A DNA stretch of 64,000 nt from Candidatus Poribacteria bacterium (GTDB taxonomy: Bacteria > Poribacteria > WGA-4E > PCPOR2b): assembly GCA_965218095.1 (NCBI GenBank), contig OZ244587.1:4416001-4480000 (forward strand), in the 5' to 3' direction. The notes below the pieces were generated by a model. That model had not been told where the DNA came from. It was given only the letters and a program-made list of their open reading frames with translations, and searched no databases. Shown here one piece after another: positions 20,758 to 31,405 of the stretch (position 1 is its first letter; every line of letters starts with the position of its first letter). A program made the translations under genes and the position numbers.

Positions 20758-20804
20758 AACTCAATCGCTAGTGGTTAAGCCCATATAGGGTTGGTAGACC
20801 TAAC

Positions 20805-20827
20805 AGGTTTCTCATGGGGAATTTCTA
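20805..20827. repeat. Solo end of the TAGAAATTCCCCA IS/MITE family
   Basis: AGGTTTCTCATGGGGAATTTCTA, identical to 49886-49908. Confidence 0.7.
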
Positions 20828-20839
20828 CTCCGAACTCGT

Positions 20840-21655
20840 TTACGTCTTACGGATTGTAATTGAATCGCCCCGCTTCAGTCCAAGGGCTTGTGCCGCATTA
20901 CCTTGGTTGATCGAGATCTCCAGCCGATTAAAGCTGCCGATGATTGCTAAAGCTTCGCCGATTGCAGATTCGGCGTACGAGCGGTTGAGATGACTTATCT
21001 CTGCGGTTCCCGCCTGAATAACAAAACTGTTTCGCCCCTCCATCGACTCCAGGATTTCGTAAGAAATGTCCGTGACCAAATTCCCAAAGTAGTCAATCCA
21101 GATTACATGCCCGATGATTGTGTCGTCTGTCACTTGAGGCGTCGGGATGGGGAGTCGCACAGGGTATGCAACCGGGCTTCCCAGATCGTCAATCGGCACG
21201 CCGCATGAAAGGTGAGCTGCAGCGGGGGTGAAAATATCCCTGCCGTGAAACGTATTGCTAACCCTAGGCAAAAAGTAAGTCGCATTCTCCAATGTTACCA
21301 CATGGACGTAACTCTCATTCTGGAGGACATGGGTCAAAATCCCGTTATCCGGGCAGATGAAAAACGCGGTTTCCGTCTGGCAGGCAATTGCGCGACGTTG
21401 ACTGCCCACCCCTGGATCCACGACAATTACGTGAATGGTCCCGCTTGGGAAATAGCGGTACGCCGAATCGATTAGAAATGCAGCGCTGTAAATGTCTTGC
21501 GGCGGGATAACGTGTGTGATGTCAATGATCTGTGCCCGCGGGTTGATGTTCAAAATCACGCCTTTCATTACGCCGACATAAAGATCGTTTGTCCCAAAAT
21601 CGGTCGTGAAGGTGATGGTTCCTGATGCGGAGAGCAGTGTCAATTCCATCGGCAT
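20840..21655 (-). CDS. SAM hydroxide adenosyltransferase (DUF62; chlorinase/fluorinase family)
   Basis: TTDFG, VVDPGVG, PDNG, TFHGRDIF and DYFGN motifs. Confidence 0.92.
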   Translation of the reverse strand: MPMELTLLSASGTITFTTDFGTNDLYVGVMKGVILNINPRAQIIDITHVIPPQDIYSAAFLIDSAYRYFPSGTIHVIVVDPGVGSQRRAIACQTETAFFICPDNGILTHVLQNESYVHVVTLENATYFLPRVSNTFHGRDIFTPAAAHLSCGVPIDDLGSPVAYPVRLPIPTPQVTDDTIIGHVIWIDYFGNLVTDISYEILESMEGRNSFVIQAGTAEISHLNRSYAESAIGEALAIIGSFNRLEISINQGNAAQALGLKRGDSITIRKT

Positions 21656-21784
21656 AACCTCCGTTAAATAAAAATACAAAGGCACAAGGATACATTCAGG
21701 GGCAGCAGCCTTGTATCCTGCATCTCTGAATCCTTGCTATAAGTTTACCAGAACGGAAAGCCGTGATCAAGATCAAAGATTGGC

Positions 21785-21813
21785 TTGCACCTCAAAGTCG
21801 GTTACGCTATAAT
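21785..21813 (+). promoter_or_regulatory. Sigma70 promoter for the R-M/mqn gene run
   Basis: TTGCAC-17-TATAAT. Confidence 0.55.
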
Positions 21814-21968
21814 ACTTCTGTTTTATGAGGCATGAAACAGGCGGATTGCCATGAGTGCTGCAACAACTGACTAAGCGGAAGAACTACTCAAGTTTTACAA
21901 AGAAAAACCGTGGGTGTGACTTGAAACTTCAAGAACGCACAATTCAGTTATCAGAGGAATCAACTGAA

Positions 21969-23555
21969 ATGATTGAAGACAGAGATTTAATGACAATCAC
22001 TCAAGCCAGTAAGTGGGCAACGGGCTATATAAAGAAAAATGTGACAGCTTCCAATATCTCTTATCTCATCCAATACGGAAGGATTCGGAAATATGACAGT
22101 AATGGCACCACAAGGGTTTCAAAACAGGATTTGATCAAATACTATCATGCATATCTCGGCAAGCGAGAAATCAACTGGAAAGCACAGTTAGGGGAAGACA
22201 TCAACTGGGAGTTGTCATTTGATTATCTGAAAGAGGCTGATACGACGAAACATGTCCATAGGCTCCACCCATATAAAGGCAAATTCATCCCCCAACTGGT
22301 TGAATACTTCTTAGATGGTCATACAGATGATTTCAAAAAAGATGTGTATTTCAAACAAGGCGATATTATTCTTGATCCGTTTTGCGGTAGCGGTACAACA
22401 CTGGTACAAGCCAACGAGCTTGGAATGCACGCCATTGGAATTGATATTTCGGCATTTAATACGCTCATCAGCAACATCAAAATAGAGAAACATCATCTCG
22501 TTGATGTGCAGACTGAAATTCACAACATCACAAACACGCTTAAACGGTTTATCAGCGAATCCAATGTCGCTCAATTTGAAGCACAACTAACCGAAGAACT
22601 CAACGAGTTTAATAACGAATATTTCCCGTCTACTGATTTCAAATACAAAGTCAGGCAGGGACTGATCGATCAAGAGAGATACGGAAAAGAAAAAGAGGGA
22701 GAATTCTTACTCAGATATTTTCAATTAGTCAACCGGTATGACATCAAATTGTGGCAAAGAAAATCAGAAAATTTCTTAGATACGTGGTATTTATCGCCTG
22801 TGAGAAAAGAGATTGATCTTGTCTTTGAGTGCGTCAAACACATCCAAAACCGTGAAACGCAACGGGTGATTCAGATTATTTTGAGTCGAACGATTCGTAC
22901 TTGTCGAGCAACCACCCACGCCGATTTGGCGACCTTAAAAGAACCTGTGACGACAGTCTATTATTGTGCCAAGCACGGCAAAATGTGCAAACCGTTGTTT
23001 TCCATATTGAGTTGGTGGGAACGATATAGTCAAGATACCATTCAGCGTCTCGTGCAATTTGATACATTGCGAACAGATACATCTCAAATCTGTCTGACTG
23101 GAGATTCTCGGATAATTGATATTATCGAAGCATTAAAAGAAGATGACCCAGATTTTGCGCAACTCGTGAAGGAGCAGAAGATTAAAGGGGTTTTCTCAAG
23201 CCCGCCGTATGTTGGATTAATCAATTATCACGAACAACATGCCTATGCCTATGATTTATTTGAATTTCAGCGAAAAGATGACCTCGAAATTGGACCGCTC
23301 TTCAGGGGCAAGGGCAAAGAAGCCAGAGATTCGTACATTGAAGGGATTTCAGAAGTATTGCGGAACTGTACAAGATTCTTAGCCGCAGATTACGATGTCT
23401 TTCTGGTGGCAAATGACAGGTTCAACATGTATCCAACGATTGCGGCGCATTCGGGAATGCGAATTGTCAACCGATATAAACGACCTGTTCTCAACAGGAC
23501 AGAAAAGGACAAAGGCGCGTACTCCGAAAGTATTTTCCATCTGAAATCAAAATAG
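21969..23555 (+). CDS. DNA methyltransferase (probable N4-cytosine) with N-terminal HTH-like region
   Basis: HPYKGKFIP, DPFCGSGTT (motif I) and SSPPY (motif IV); AT-rich. Confidence 0.88.
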   Translation: MIEDRDLMTITQASKWATGYIKKNVTASNISYLIQYGRIRKYDSNGTTRVSKQDLIKYYHAYLGKREINWKAQLGEDINWELSFDYLKEADTTKHVHRLHPYKGKFIPQLVEYFLDGHTDDFKKDVYFKQGDIILDPFCGSGTTLVQANELGMHAIGIDISAFNTLISNIKIEKHHLVDVQTEIHNITNTLKRFISESNVAQFEAQLTEELNEFNNEYFPSTDFKYKVRQGLIDQERYGKEKEGEFLLRYFQLVNRYDIKLWQRKSENFLDTWYLSPVRKEIDLVFECVKHIQNRETQRVIQIILSRTIRTCRATTHADLATLKEPVTTVYYCAKHGKMCKPLFSILSWWERYSQDTIQRLVQFDTLRTDTSQICLTGDSRIIDIIEALKEDDPDFAQLVKEQKIKGVFSSPPYVGLINYHEQHAYAYDLFEFQRKDDLEIGPLFRGKGKEARDSYIEGISEVLRNCTRFLAADYDVFLVANDRFNMYPTIAAHSGMRIVNRYKRPVLNRTEKDKGAYSESIFHLKSK

Positions 23556-23574
23556 TGCACAGACCGGGATAAAT

Positions 23575-24351
23575 ATGTCGTTATCCAAGGAACAAAAAAC
23601 ATCAGTCGAAGCAATAATCAGAGAAAGCTTGAGGAAGAAGTTTCAGAATTACAAACCAGAATCTAAAAATATGCCCTTTCACTATCGCTTGTTAGGGAAA
23701 GACAGAATGGCTCTCTATTCATTTATTCAATCGTTGAATACAACATTTGGAACATCTATTTTTGAACCAGTTGCAGAGACATTAGCCAAAACCCGTTTCG
23801 TAAAAGCGCAATCACAATATGTGGTTGGAAACGAGATTAGTGAATATGCCCACAACGAAATCCAACGCATTATTAATGAACTAACAACGGGTAAAAATCC
23901 GGATAAACACGAAGAAACTCAGAAGATTAGGGACGTGTGTCAAAAAGGTAGAATGAATACTTTGCGAACTGTGAAGGTTGATTTATTCCTTGAAAATCAA
24001 GCAGGTTCTTTATTTTTGTTTGATCTGAAAACAGCCAAGCCAAACATCAGCAACTTCAAGGATTTTAAGCGCACGTTGTTAGAATGGTGTGCAATCATTT
24101 TAGCGAAGAATCCAGATCTCAATATTCATTCTCTCATTGCAATTCCTTACAATCCGTATGAACCGAAGCCTTATGAACGCTGGACATTAAAAGGGATGTT
24201 GGATTTAGAGCAAGAGCTAAAAGTTGCCGATGAATTTTGGGGTTTTTTAGGTGGAGATGGCGCGTATCAAGATTTATTAGACTGTTTTGAAAGCGTTGGC
24301 ATTGAATTACGATCTGAGATTAATCGATATTTTGATAAATTTAGGAATTGA
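23575..24351 (+). CDS. Type II restriction endonuclease, TdeIII/MjaII-like family
   Basis: SLNTTFGTSIFEPVA, VDLF..DLKTAKPN and AIPYNPYEP motifs; adjacent to the methyltransferase. Confidence 0.85.
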   Translation: MSLSKEQKTSVEAIIRESLRKKFQNYKPESKNMPFHYRLLGKDRMALYSFIQSLNTTFGTSIFEPVAETLAKTRFVKAQSQYVVGNEISEYAHNEIQRIINELTTGKNPDKHEETQKIRDVCQKGRMNTLRTVKVDLFLENQAGSLFLFDLKTAKPNISNFKDFKRTLLEWCAIILAKNPDLNIHSLIAIPYNPYEPKPYERWTLKGMLDLEQELKVADEFWGFLGGDGAYQDLLDCFESVGIELRSEINRYFDKFRN

Positions 24352-24375
24352 TTCACAACCAAAATAGGAGTAACA

Positions 24376-25512
24376 ATGGAAAAATACCTACCAATCACAG
24401 ACTCGACACTTCACCCCATCCACGAAAAAGTTCAAGCGGAGGAACGCCTTTCCTTTGAAGATGGGGTAAAGCTCTATGAAAGCCCCGATATCAACGGCGT
24501 TGGGTATCTCGCCAACATCGTGCGAGAGCGACGGAACGGGAATTTCGCCTACTACAACCTTAACCAACATATCGACTACTCGAATGTGTGTATCCTGCAT
24601 GCACGTTGTCACTTTTGTGCGTTTGCACGGAAGAACATACAGACCGAAGGCGCGTGGGAGATGAGCGTTGATGAATTTCTTGATAAGGCGATGTATTCGA
24701 TTGACCACGGCTGCACGGAAATTCACAGCGTCGGTGGGTTGCACCCGAAATTGCCGTTTGAATATTACCTCGACATGCTGCGTGGACTCAAAAAACGGAT
24801 GCCGCAAGTCCATCTGAAATTCTTCACAGCGGTGGAAATCCATCACTTCTCTCGTATTTTCAAAATGTCAATTGAAGAGGTCTTAACCGCGCTCCGTGAA
24901 GCAGGACTAGATTCTTTACCCGGCGGTGGTGCAGAAATCTTCGCTGAAGAGACGCGAGATAAGATCTGCCCTGGCAAATTGAGCACAGAAGGGTGGTTCG
25001 ATGTGCATCAGCAAGCGCACGAACTAGGGATTTCAACCAATGCGACGATGCTCTACGGCCATCTCGAAACCGATGAAGACCGGGTAGACCACCTCATCCG
25101 CTTGCGCAGGCAGCAGGATAAATCGGGCGGTTTTGTCACATTCATCCCGCTTGCGTTCCATCCGGCCAACACCCGCATGGCGTATCTGCCGAGCACGTCT
25201 GGCTTGACCGATCTACGGAATATCGCGGCAGCCCGCCTGATGCTGGACAACTTCCCTCACATCAAAGTGTATTGGATCATGACCGGGCTGAAGACTGCGC
25301 AGATTGCCATGAGTTTTGGCGCGGACGACATTGACGGAACGGTGACGGAGGAGAAAATTACCCACATGGCTGGCGCGGAAACGCCTGAAGCTGTCTCGGT
25401 GGAGGAGATTACCCGTCTTATCGAGGAGACAGGCAGGATTCCTGTCGAGCGCGATACGCTCTACAATGAAATCATCCGGGAAGGAAATCAATGGTACAGA
25501 AGAGCTGCGTGA
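24376..25512 (+). CDS. mqnE: Aminofutalosine synthase (radical SAM)
   Basis: CILHARCHFC, PGGGAEIF, NATMLYGH and FIPLAFHP motifs; adjacent to mqnA. Confidence 0.9.
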   Translation: MEKYLPITDSTLHPIHEKVQAEERLSFEDGVKLYESPDINGVGYLANIVRERRNGNFAYYNLNQHIDYSNVCILHARCHFCAFARKNIQTEGAWEMSVDEFLDKAMYSIDHGCTEIHSVGGLHPKLPFEYYLDMLRGLKKRMPQVHLKFFTAVEIHHFSRIFKMSIEEVLTALREAGLDSLPGGGAEIFAEETRDKICPGKLSTEGWFDVHQQAHELGISTNATMLYGHLETDEDRVDHLIRLRRQQDKSGGFVTFIPLAFHPANTRMAYLPSTSGLTDLRNIAAARLMLDNFPHIKVYWIMTGLKTAQIAMSFGADDIDGTVTEEKITHMAGAETPEAVSVEEITRLIEETGRIPVERDTLYNEIIREGNQWYRRAA

Positions 25513-26303
25513 AAGTCGGAGCGGTTTCGTATCTCAACACGAAACCGCTGATTTACGCCCTGTTGGACAACCCCCAATTTCCCGGCATCGAGGAAATCGA
25601 ACTGAGCCTTGAAGTCCCAAGCCGTTTGGCGGATCGGCTGAAAAACGGCGAGTTTGACGTTGGGTTGATTCCAATCATTGAATATTTCCGTGCGGACGTT
25701 CAGTATCAGATCATCCCTCACATCTCGATCTCCTCGCGTGGGGCGGTCCGAAGCATCCAACTCCTCAGCCATGTCCCGATTCCTTCCATTCGTCGCGTTG
25801 CACTCGACAGAAGTTCACGTTCATCTCGCGCCCTCGTACAGATTTTGCTTGCTGAACAATATCACCTTTTCCCTGAGTTTACCTCTTGCCCCCCTTCAAT
25901 TGACCCCCAATCGGTTGACGCGGATGCTGTCCTGCTCATCGGGGATGCGGCACTGAGACAGCTCGGCTCGACGGATTATGCTTTAGATCTTGGGGCGGAG
26001 TGGGATGCGTTGACGGGGACGCCATTTGTCTACGCCTGCTGGACAGCACGAGGGGATGTCGATCTCCGAAACGCGCCCCAAACCCTTCAGCGGACGAAGG
26101 AGTTTGGCGTCGATAGAATCCCTGAAATTGCGCGGATCGAAGCCCGGAAACTCGGCTTTCCAGAAACACTCTGTTGGGATTATCTCAGCAAGCATATTTT
26201 CTACGAGCTTGGCGAATTAGAAATTGCCGGGCTGATGAAGTTCTATGAGCTGGCAGTGAAGTATGAGCTCGCCAGACCCGGTGTGATGTTGAAGTTTGTG
26301 TAA
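25491..26303 (+). CDS. mqnA: Chorismate dehydratase
   Basis: VSYLNTKPL, LLIGDAAL and DLGAEW..PFVYACW motifs. Confidence 0.9.
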   Translation: MVQKSCVKVGAVSYLNTKPLIYALLDNPQFPGIEEIELSLEVPSRLADRLKNGEFDVGLIPIIEYFRADVQYQIIPHISISSRGAVRSIQLLSHVPIPSIRRVALDRSSRSSRALVQILLAEQYHLFPEFTSCPPSIDPQSVDADAVLLIGDAALRQLGSTDYALDLGAEWDALTGTPFVYACWTARGDVDLRNAPQTLQRTKEFGVDRIPEIARIEARKLGFPETLCWDYLSKHIFYELGELEIAGLMKFYELAVKYELARPGVMLKFV

Positions 26304-26334
26304 GTTCAAGTGGTGTGTGAGTTCTTGAGAGCGT

Positions 26335-26700
26335 GTGCGAGAGGTCCGACAAACGCACTTTCACCCGTTGGGTTTTGTTAAAGTCCCTGGCACCTTAACC
26401 CCTGAAGAGATTGCTGAGTTCTCCTGGCGGTTTGATGCGGACGTTGATACAGACCAGGGGGATACGTCAGCGCCCGGCGCACGGATATTTCCAGATGGCC
26501 ACCGCGTCATCATCCCATTGATTGAGGCGGCCCCGTCTTTCTACAACCTGCTAGACCACCCCAAATTGGCGGCAATCGCCGAAGATTTGCTTGGGGAAGA
26601 TTGTATCTTTTTCGGCAGTTCCGATGGGCAGATTCACACCGGCGACACGAACTGGTGCCGTGACGGCAGTTGGCCCAAACTCGGTGATGTGGTCGCATGA
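26335..26700 (+). pseudogene. Phytanoyl-CoA dioxygenase family fragment
   Basis: GFVKVPGTLTPEEI..LLDHPKLAAIAEDLLGED..GDTNWCRD (HxD altered), truncated. Confidence 0.6.
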
Positions 26701-26833
26701 TACTGGACTGCTGGTGTCCGACCGGCTCTTCGAGACGGCCGGCCCGAATCGGATGAAGAAGATCCAATTGCTGAAAGAACTGGGTTTGTAATCAGCAAGC
26801 ACGCCCAAAACCCTGGAAGAGGTATAACACAAT

Positions 26834-28111
26834 ATGACCGAAACCACCCTCTTTGATCCAGCATATGAAAGTCGAAAGCGTCCTCTGCTAAAACGGGTGC
26901 TGGACGCGATTCGTCCAATCTATTCCGCGGACGAACTCAAAGTGCTACGCATCGACAGTGAAAGTCGAGATGTCCTCTCCCTGCGTTCTGGACGGGGATT
27001 TGTCAATCGAGATATTCTCGAAACGGTATTGGGCAACCTGTTGGAATGCGTGGCGCCCGGCTCACATAATGCCCCGCATCCAGAAAGCCAGAAGCAAGAA
27101 CTGCCGGAAGCAATTGAAGAGGTCGCCGACCAGCTTTACGCGATGATCGCCCAATCCTTTTTGGCTGTCACCGATGAAAGCGAATTAGAAAGCCGTGCAA
27201 TGGAGATCACTTTTGCACTGCTCTGGGAGTTGCCCCGTTTGAAAGAACGGGCCCTGTGGAACCGTTTCGCCTCTCTGAAAGATCCGGCAGTGTGGGATGC
27301 TTATCTCCTACACATCGGGGTTTCCCGCGAAAAACTTGCCGAACTGGACATTGGGGATAAGATAGACGAAGCCATCGTTAAAAGGGATTTTCAACCTTAT
27401 CAGAGTTTCCTAGATGCTCTTGATTTGGCGTTTGCTTTTGACTATCAGATGCAACTGGTCGTAAGCACCTATCCCGGCTGGCGGGTGCTCTTTTACCACG
27501 ATGTTGCCCACGTCTTGACGCGGACGGGTCCCGTCGAGGACAATTCCGATCTTCGGCGCACGCCTGTACCGTTGTTGCCTCGTGCGATTTCTGAACTCGG
27601 TGGACGCTACTACCAGGCAGACCTCCATCCCGAGACGCAAATCGGCGACGCCAATTTCCTGGAGCATCCCCACCGTGGCTTTACCACCGGACAAACTGGT
27701 ATTATCGGTTCTGGTTGTGTGATCTATCCCTGTACGCTTGGCGGCTTGAGTGTCCGCGTGAAGCAACGCCACCCCACGATCGGTGACTTCGTGCAGATTG
27801 GCACAGACGCAAGTTTGTTGGGACCTGTGCGGATTGGAGACCATTCCATCGTCGGCACCAACACAGAGACCTACGGCTTTGTGGAAATCGGCGCTAGCTG
27901 CCATATCGGTTCTTCAGTGGTTATCGGAACCGTCAGGAGCGAATTTATTAGACCAGGAGTGATTCGTCTTGGAAAAAACGTCCTAGTGGGTGACGGTACA
28001 ATCATCGAAAATACGTCAGCGATTGATCTGATTATTCCAGACCGGGCGGAAATTCCCGCACGCAGCCATGTCGCTAACGATGGCTTTGGGCATCCGCGAT
28101 TTGTGGCGTGA
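26834..28111 (+). CDS. Protein with an unknown helical N-terminal domain and a CysE-like left-handed beta-helix
   Basis: ADLHPETQIG..TLGG..RHPTIGD..LGPVRIG hexapeptide repeats; 425 aa. Confidence 0.75.
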   Translation: MTETTLFDPAYESRKRPLLKRVLDAIRPIYSADELKVLRIDSESRDVLSLRSGRGFVNRDILETVLGNLLECVAPGSHNAPHPESQKQELPEAIEEVADQLYAMIAQSFLAVTDESELESRAMEITFALLWELPRLKERALWNRFASLKDPAVWDAYLLHIGVSREKLAELDIGDKIDEAIVKRDFQPYQSFLDALDLAFAFDYQMQLVVSTYPGWRVLFYHDVAHVLTRTGPVEDNSDLRRTPVPLLPRAISELGGRYYQADLHPETQIGDANFLEHPHRGFTTGQTGIIGSGCVIYPCTLGGLSVRVKQRHPTIGDFVQIGTDASLLGPVRIGDHSIVGTNTETYGFVEIGASCHIGSSVVIGTVRSEFIRPGVIRLGKNVLVGDGTIIENTSAIDLIIPDRAEIPARSHVANDGFGHPRFVA

Positions 28112-28150
28112 GAATCTACTACTGCTCCGTGATAACCTTGGAGACCAAAA

Positions 28151-28381
28151 ATGAGCAAACACATCGCCCGGCGCGTCCTGCTGATCGGCTGGGACGCTGC
28201 CGACTGGAAAGCCATCAATCCGCTGCTCGACGCTGGCAAGATGCCCGCCCTTGAGCAATTTGTCAACGAAGGGGTGATGGGCGTGGCGTTCAGTCCTGAC
28301 GGGAAGCTGGTCGCCACGGCATTGAAGGACAAGCCCCTCCGTCTGTGGGCCATCCCGTCAGCCACACGGGGTGCGCAATAG
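28151..28381 (+). pseudogene. Chimeric remnant: alkaline-phosphatase-superfamily N-terminus joined to one WD40 repeat
   Basis: [19 protein letters not shown] followed directly by [16 protein letters not shown]. Confidence 0.65.
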
Positions 28382-28482
28382 AGGTTTCAACCCAGATGAA
28401 ATCTGCGCCGATCCGTCAAGTCCAGCGGCTAAGCGAACAACTTAGTAATGTAGCGTTGCCGAGATAATATAGGAGATAAACA

Positions 28483-29541
28483 ATGCAACAAAACCAAAAT
28501 AAACTTCGTGTCGCCATTGCTGGCTGCCACCGCATGTTGACGCGAACACCGGGAAGTCATAACTTTGCTGCCGCGTTTCACGCTGTACCAGAGACTGAAG
28601 TCGTGGCTGTGTTTGACCGCGGTGTGGATGCCCGAACGGAGTTCGTAGATTGTTGGCGAGATGTCTGGGGCGGCATTCCGACGTATCACAACTACCCGCG
28701 GATGCTTGAAGAGATTAAGCCCGATTTGATGTGCACTGCCACGCGCCAAACGATGCACGCAGAACAGATCGAGTTAGCTGTCCAGACCGGGGTGCGAGGG
28801 ATTCTATGTGACAAGCCCCTGGTCACGAGTCTGGCTGAGATGGATCGGATCATAACGGCATGTCGGGACGTGCCGCTGCTTCTTGCGCTGGACCGGCGTT
28901 GGATGGTTCGATACCAATCATTGCGGGAGTTAATTGCTGAGGACACAATCGGGGAGGTCACGAGTATCGTCGCTTACGCCCTGCCCAATTTGATAAACCA
29001 CGGCTGCCACTCGTATGACGCGATCTTGGGGCTGGCCGGCGATGTCGAGCCGGTATGGGTCAGCGGCCTGGTAGACAACGTTTCGGGATCCCCGCCGGAT
29101 TCGCGCCGAGGCATGGACCCACCAGGGCGGGCTCAAATTGGACTTGCCAATGGGGTCGTGCTTTATGTCACCCCAGACGGCCATCACGAAAGTTCCGGAC
29201 TGAGCATTGAAGTTGCTGGTGAGAGGGGACGTCTGTTTCTCCTCGACGACGCCAATGAGAGCTACATCTGGTTAGAAAATACTCCGTTTGGTTCTGCCCT
29301 GCGTCCATTAGAGGTGCCGGGGGAGACAGAGGTATGGCCCGCAGGCAAGGCGATGGTGAACGATTTGGTGCAGGCTGTGCAAACAGGCGGGCGAACGTCG
29401 TGTGACGTGGAACACGCTCGTCGCGCAACCGAGATCGGTTTTGCGATCCACGGTTCGTCAGTGCAAGGCGGGGCCAGGGTTGACTTGCCGTTAGCCGAGC
29501 GGTCGTTCCGCATCGAGTCGTTCCCCTGGGGCAATGAATAA
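28483..29541 (+). CDS. Gfo/Idh/MocA family oxidoreductase
   Basis: RVAIAGC and GILCDKP motifs; RBS AGGAG. Confidence 0.85.
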   Translation: MQQNQNKLRVAIAGCHRMLTRTPGSHNFAAAFHAVPETEVVAVFDRGVDARTEFVDCWRDVWGGIPTYHNYPRMLEEIKPDLMCTATRQTMHAEQIELAVQTGVRGILCDKPLVTSLAEMDRIITACRDVPLLLALDRRWMVRYQSLRELIAEDTIGEVTSIVAYALPNLINHGCHSYDAILGLAGDVEPVWVSGLVDNVSGSPPDSRRGMDPPGRAQIGLANGVVLYVTPDGHHESSGLSIEVAGERGRLFLLDDANESYIWLENTPFGSALRPLEVPGETEVWPAGKAMVNDLVQAVQTGGRTSCDVEHARRATEIGFAIHGSSVQGGARVDLPLAERSFRIESFPWGNE

Positions 29542-29639
29542 AGTTGAGATTCTGTTACCTTACTGGTGGGACTTTCCTTTGTTGTTGTGGTTGTTTCTCG
29601 TAATATGGTATCCTTTAGCCATGTAGCATGGGGGCGTCG

Positions 29640-30052
29640 CAAGGTATCGGGCCAAATCGCATGGCATTCGCACTATCCGCTCAACCGTGTCGAATTGGTT
29701 CACAACGGCGGCGTCCCGCAAAGCGAGATGCTCGACGATGCAGATGGGGGACGGGGCGGGGAATGGGAGTTTGATCTCCAGATTGAATCTGACGGCTGGG
29801 TCGCGGAACGCGCCTTTGGCGAAGTCCGTGATAGCTTTCCACAGCCGATTTCTACGCACACAAGCCTCATCTATATACAGGATGCCCAGCATCTTGCGGA
29901 AGTCGGCGGCGTTTTTTATGCGTGCAATCGATGACGCGATGGATATCGTGAGCCGCGATTGGCGGTTTACAAAAGATGCGCAGCGAGCGGAGATCCTGCA
30001 CCTGTTTAACGAAGGGCGAAAAGTTTACGCAAATTTAGCGAGGGTAGGTTAA
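29640..30052 (+). pseudogene. C-terminal fragment of a CehA/McbA-like metallohydrolase
   Basis: LNRVELVHNG..SDGWVA..HTSLIY, then a frameshifted helical tail; no N-terminus. Confidence 0.45.
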
Positions 30053-31298
30053 TGGAAATTCGTGCGGCAAAAGCAAATGAACGCGATGAAATCATCGATC
30101 TCATATCGGCAGTATTTTCGAAAAATACAGACCGCGGTACACCAGCCAGCATTACCAGGATTCCAGTTACCAGTTGCATCAGTCGCGGGTCTGCGTTGTC
30201 GATGGAAATATTGTCAGCTATGTTCGCGTATCAGACCGATCGATTTACATTGATGGGGTTGTCGTGAGGCTCGGCGGGATTGGCATGGTTGTAACTTTGC
30301 CTGAGTATCGCAGGCGCGGTTATGCGTCAGCGCTGATGCGTGACTCGATTGCGTACATGGAGGAACAGGGCTACGACCTCGGTCTGCTTTTTACTATCAT
30401 TCAGCCGTTTTACATGACGTTTGGGTGGGCGTCTTTTCCACAGACCACCTTCGAGTTGGAACTTCGCGGCAAAAGGACGTTTGCGCCATCGGCGTGGACG
30501 AGTCGGCCGTTTGACCCCGAAAGGGATTTAACGCAAATCAGCCAAATATACGACGAACACAACAAGGGACGCACCGGAACAATTCTGCGCTCGGAGGAAC
30601 ATTGGTGGGACGGCTATTCGCATCAAGTTGGTATTCTGCCTTCGCTTGTTGTCGAGAAGGATGGGCTAATCGGCGCTTACGCCAATCTCGCATTCCCCAC
30701 AGATTCTCAGGATATAGACGCATATTTGGCAACGTATTATCCGAATCTGAGGGAAATCGGCTATCGAAGCCAGCATCTTGACAGCCTCCTCGCCCTCTGC
30801 CACGCGATTCTGGTGCAGGCTTATGAAAAAGGCGTCGAAAGCATTTCGGGGCGTTTAACACGGCATCATCCGATGACCATTTTGTTGAGCGAAGAGAGCG
30901 GCAGTCCGTTATCGTTTTCGATCGAAGAAAGGGCAATGTACCGCGTTATCTCGCTGCACAGTCTCTTCCAGAAGCTGATCCCTGAATTCGAGGCGAGATT
31001 GGAAAACGTCGCCATGACGGAGGGCTCTGGTTCATTCTGTTTCAACCTCGAAAACCAAACCTGCACGCTGCATGTGAATCGGGGAAAAGTTGTCGTCACG
31101 GCAGATGATAGCGGCGGGACAGAGGTAGATCTGGATACTCCTCGTTTCCTGAAGCTGCTTTTCGGGGAGGCGACATTTGGACAGTTAGATGAACTGAATC
31201 GCATCAAGGGCCTCAACCTGCAACCTCATGAAATCGCCATCCTTTCCGCACTTTTCCCGAAGGATGAGCCAATCCATTGGATCTGCGACTATTTTTAG
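30052..31298 (+). pseudogene. Eis-like GNAT acetyltransferase with SCP2-like C-terminus, 1-nt frameshift near 30120
   Basis: MEIRAA start in one frame; GGIGMVVTLPEYRRRGYASALM in the next frame. Confidence 0.75.
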
Positions 31299-31405
31299 TC
31301 AAGCAGAGCGGACATATTGTTATACTGATGGAGGTTGCAACTTGAGGTTCCAGTCCACTCCGTCCAATTTGGAAGGAACTGAACCATCCCGAATTCATGG
31401 AGCTT

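Noticed and set aside
20840-21655. DUF62 gene as a halogenase for a natural-product cluster
   Set aside because: No biosynthetic neighbours; the widespread SAM hydrolase is the simpler call
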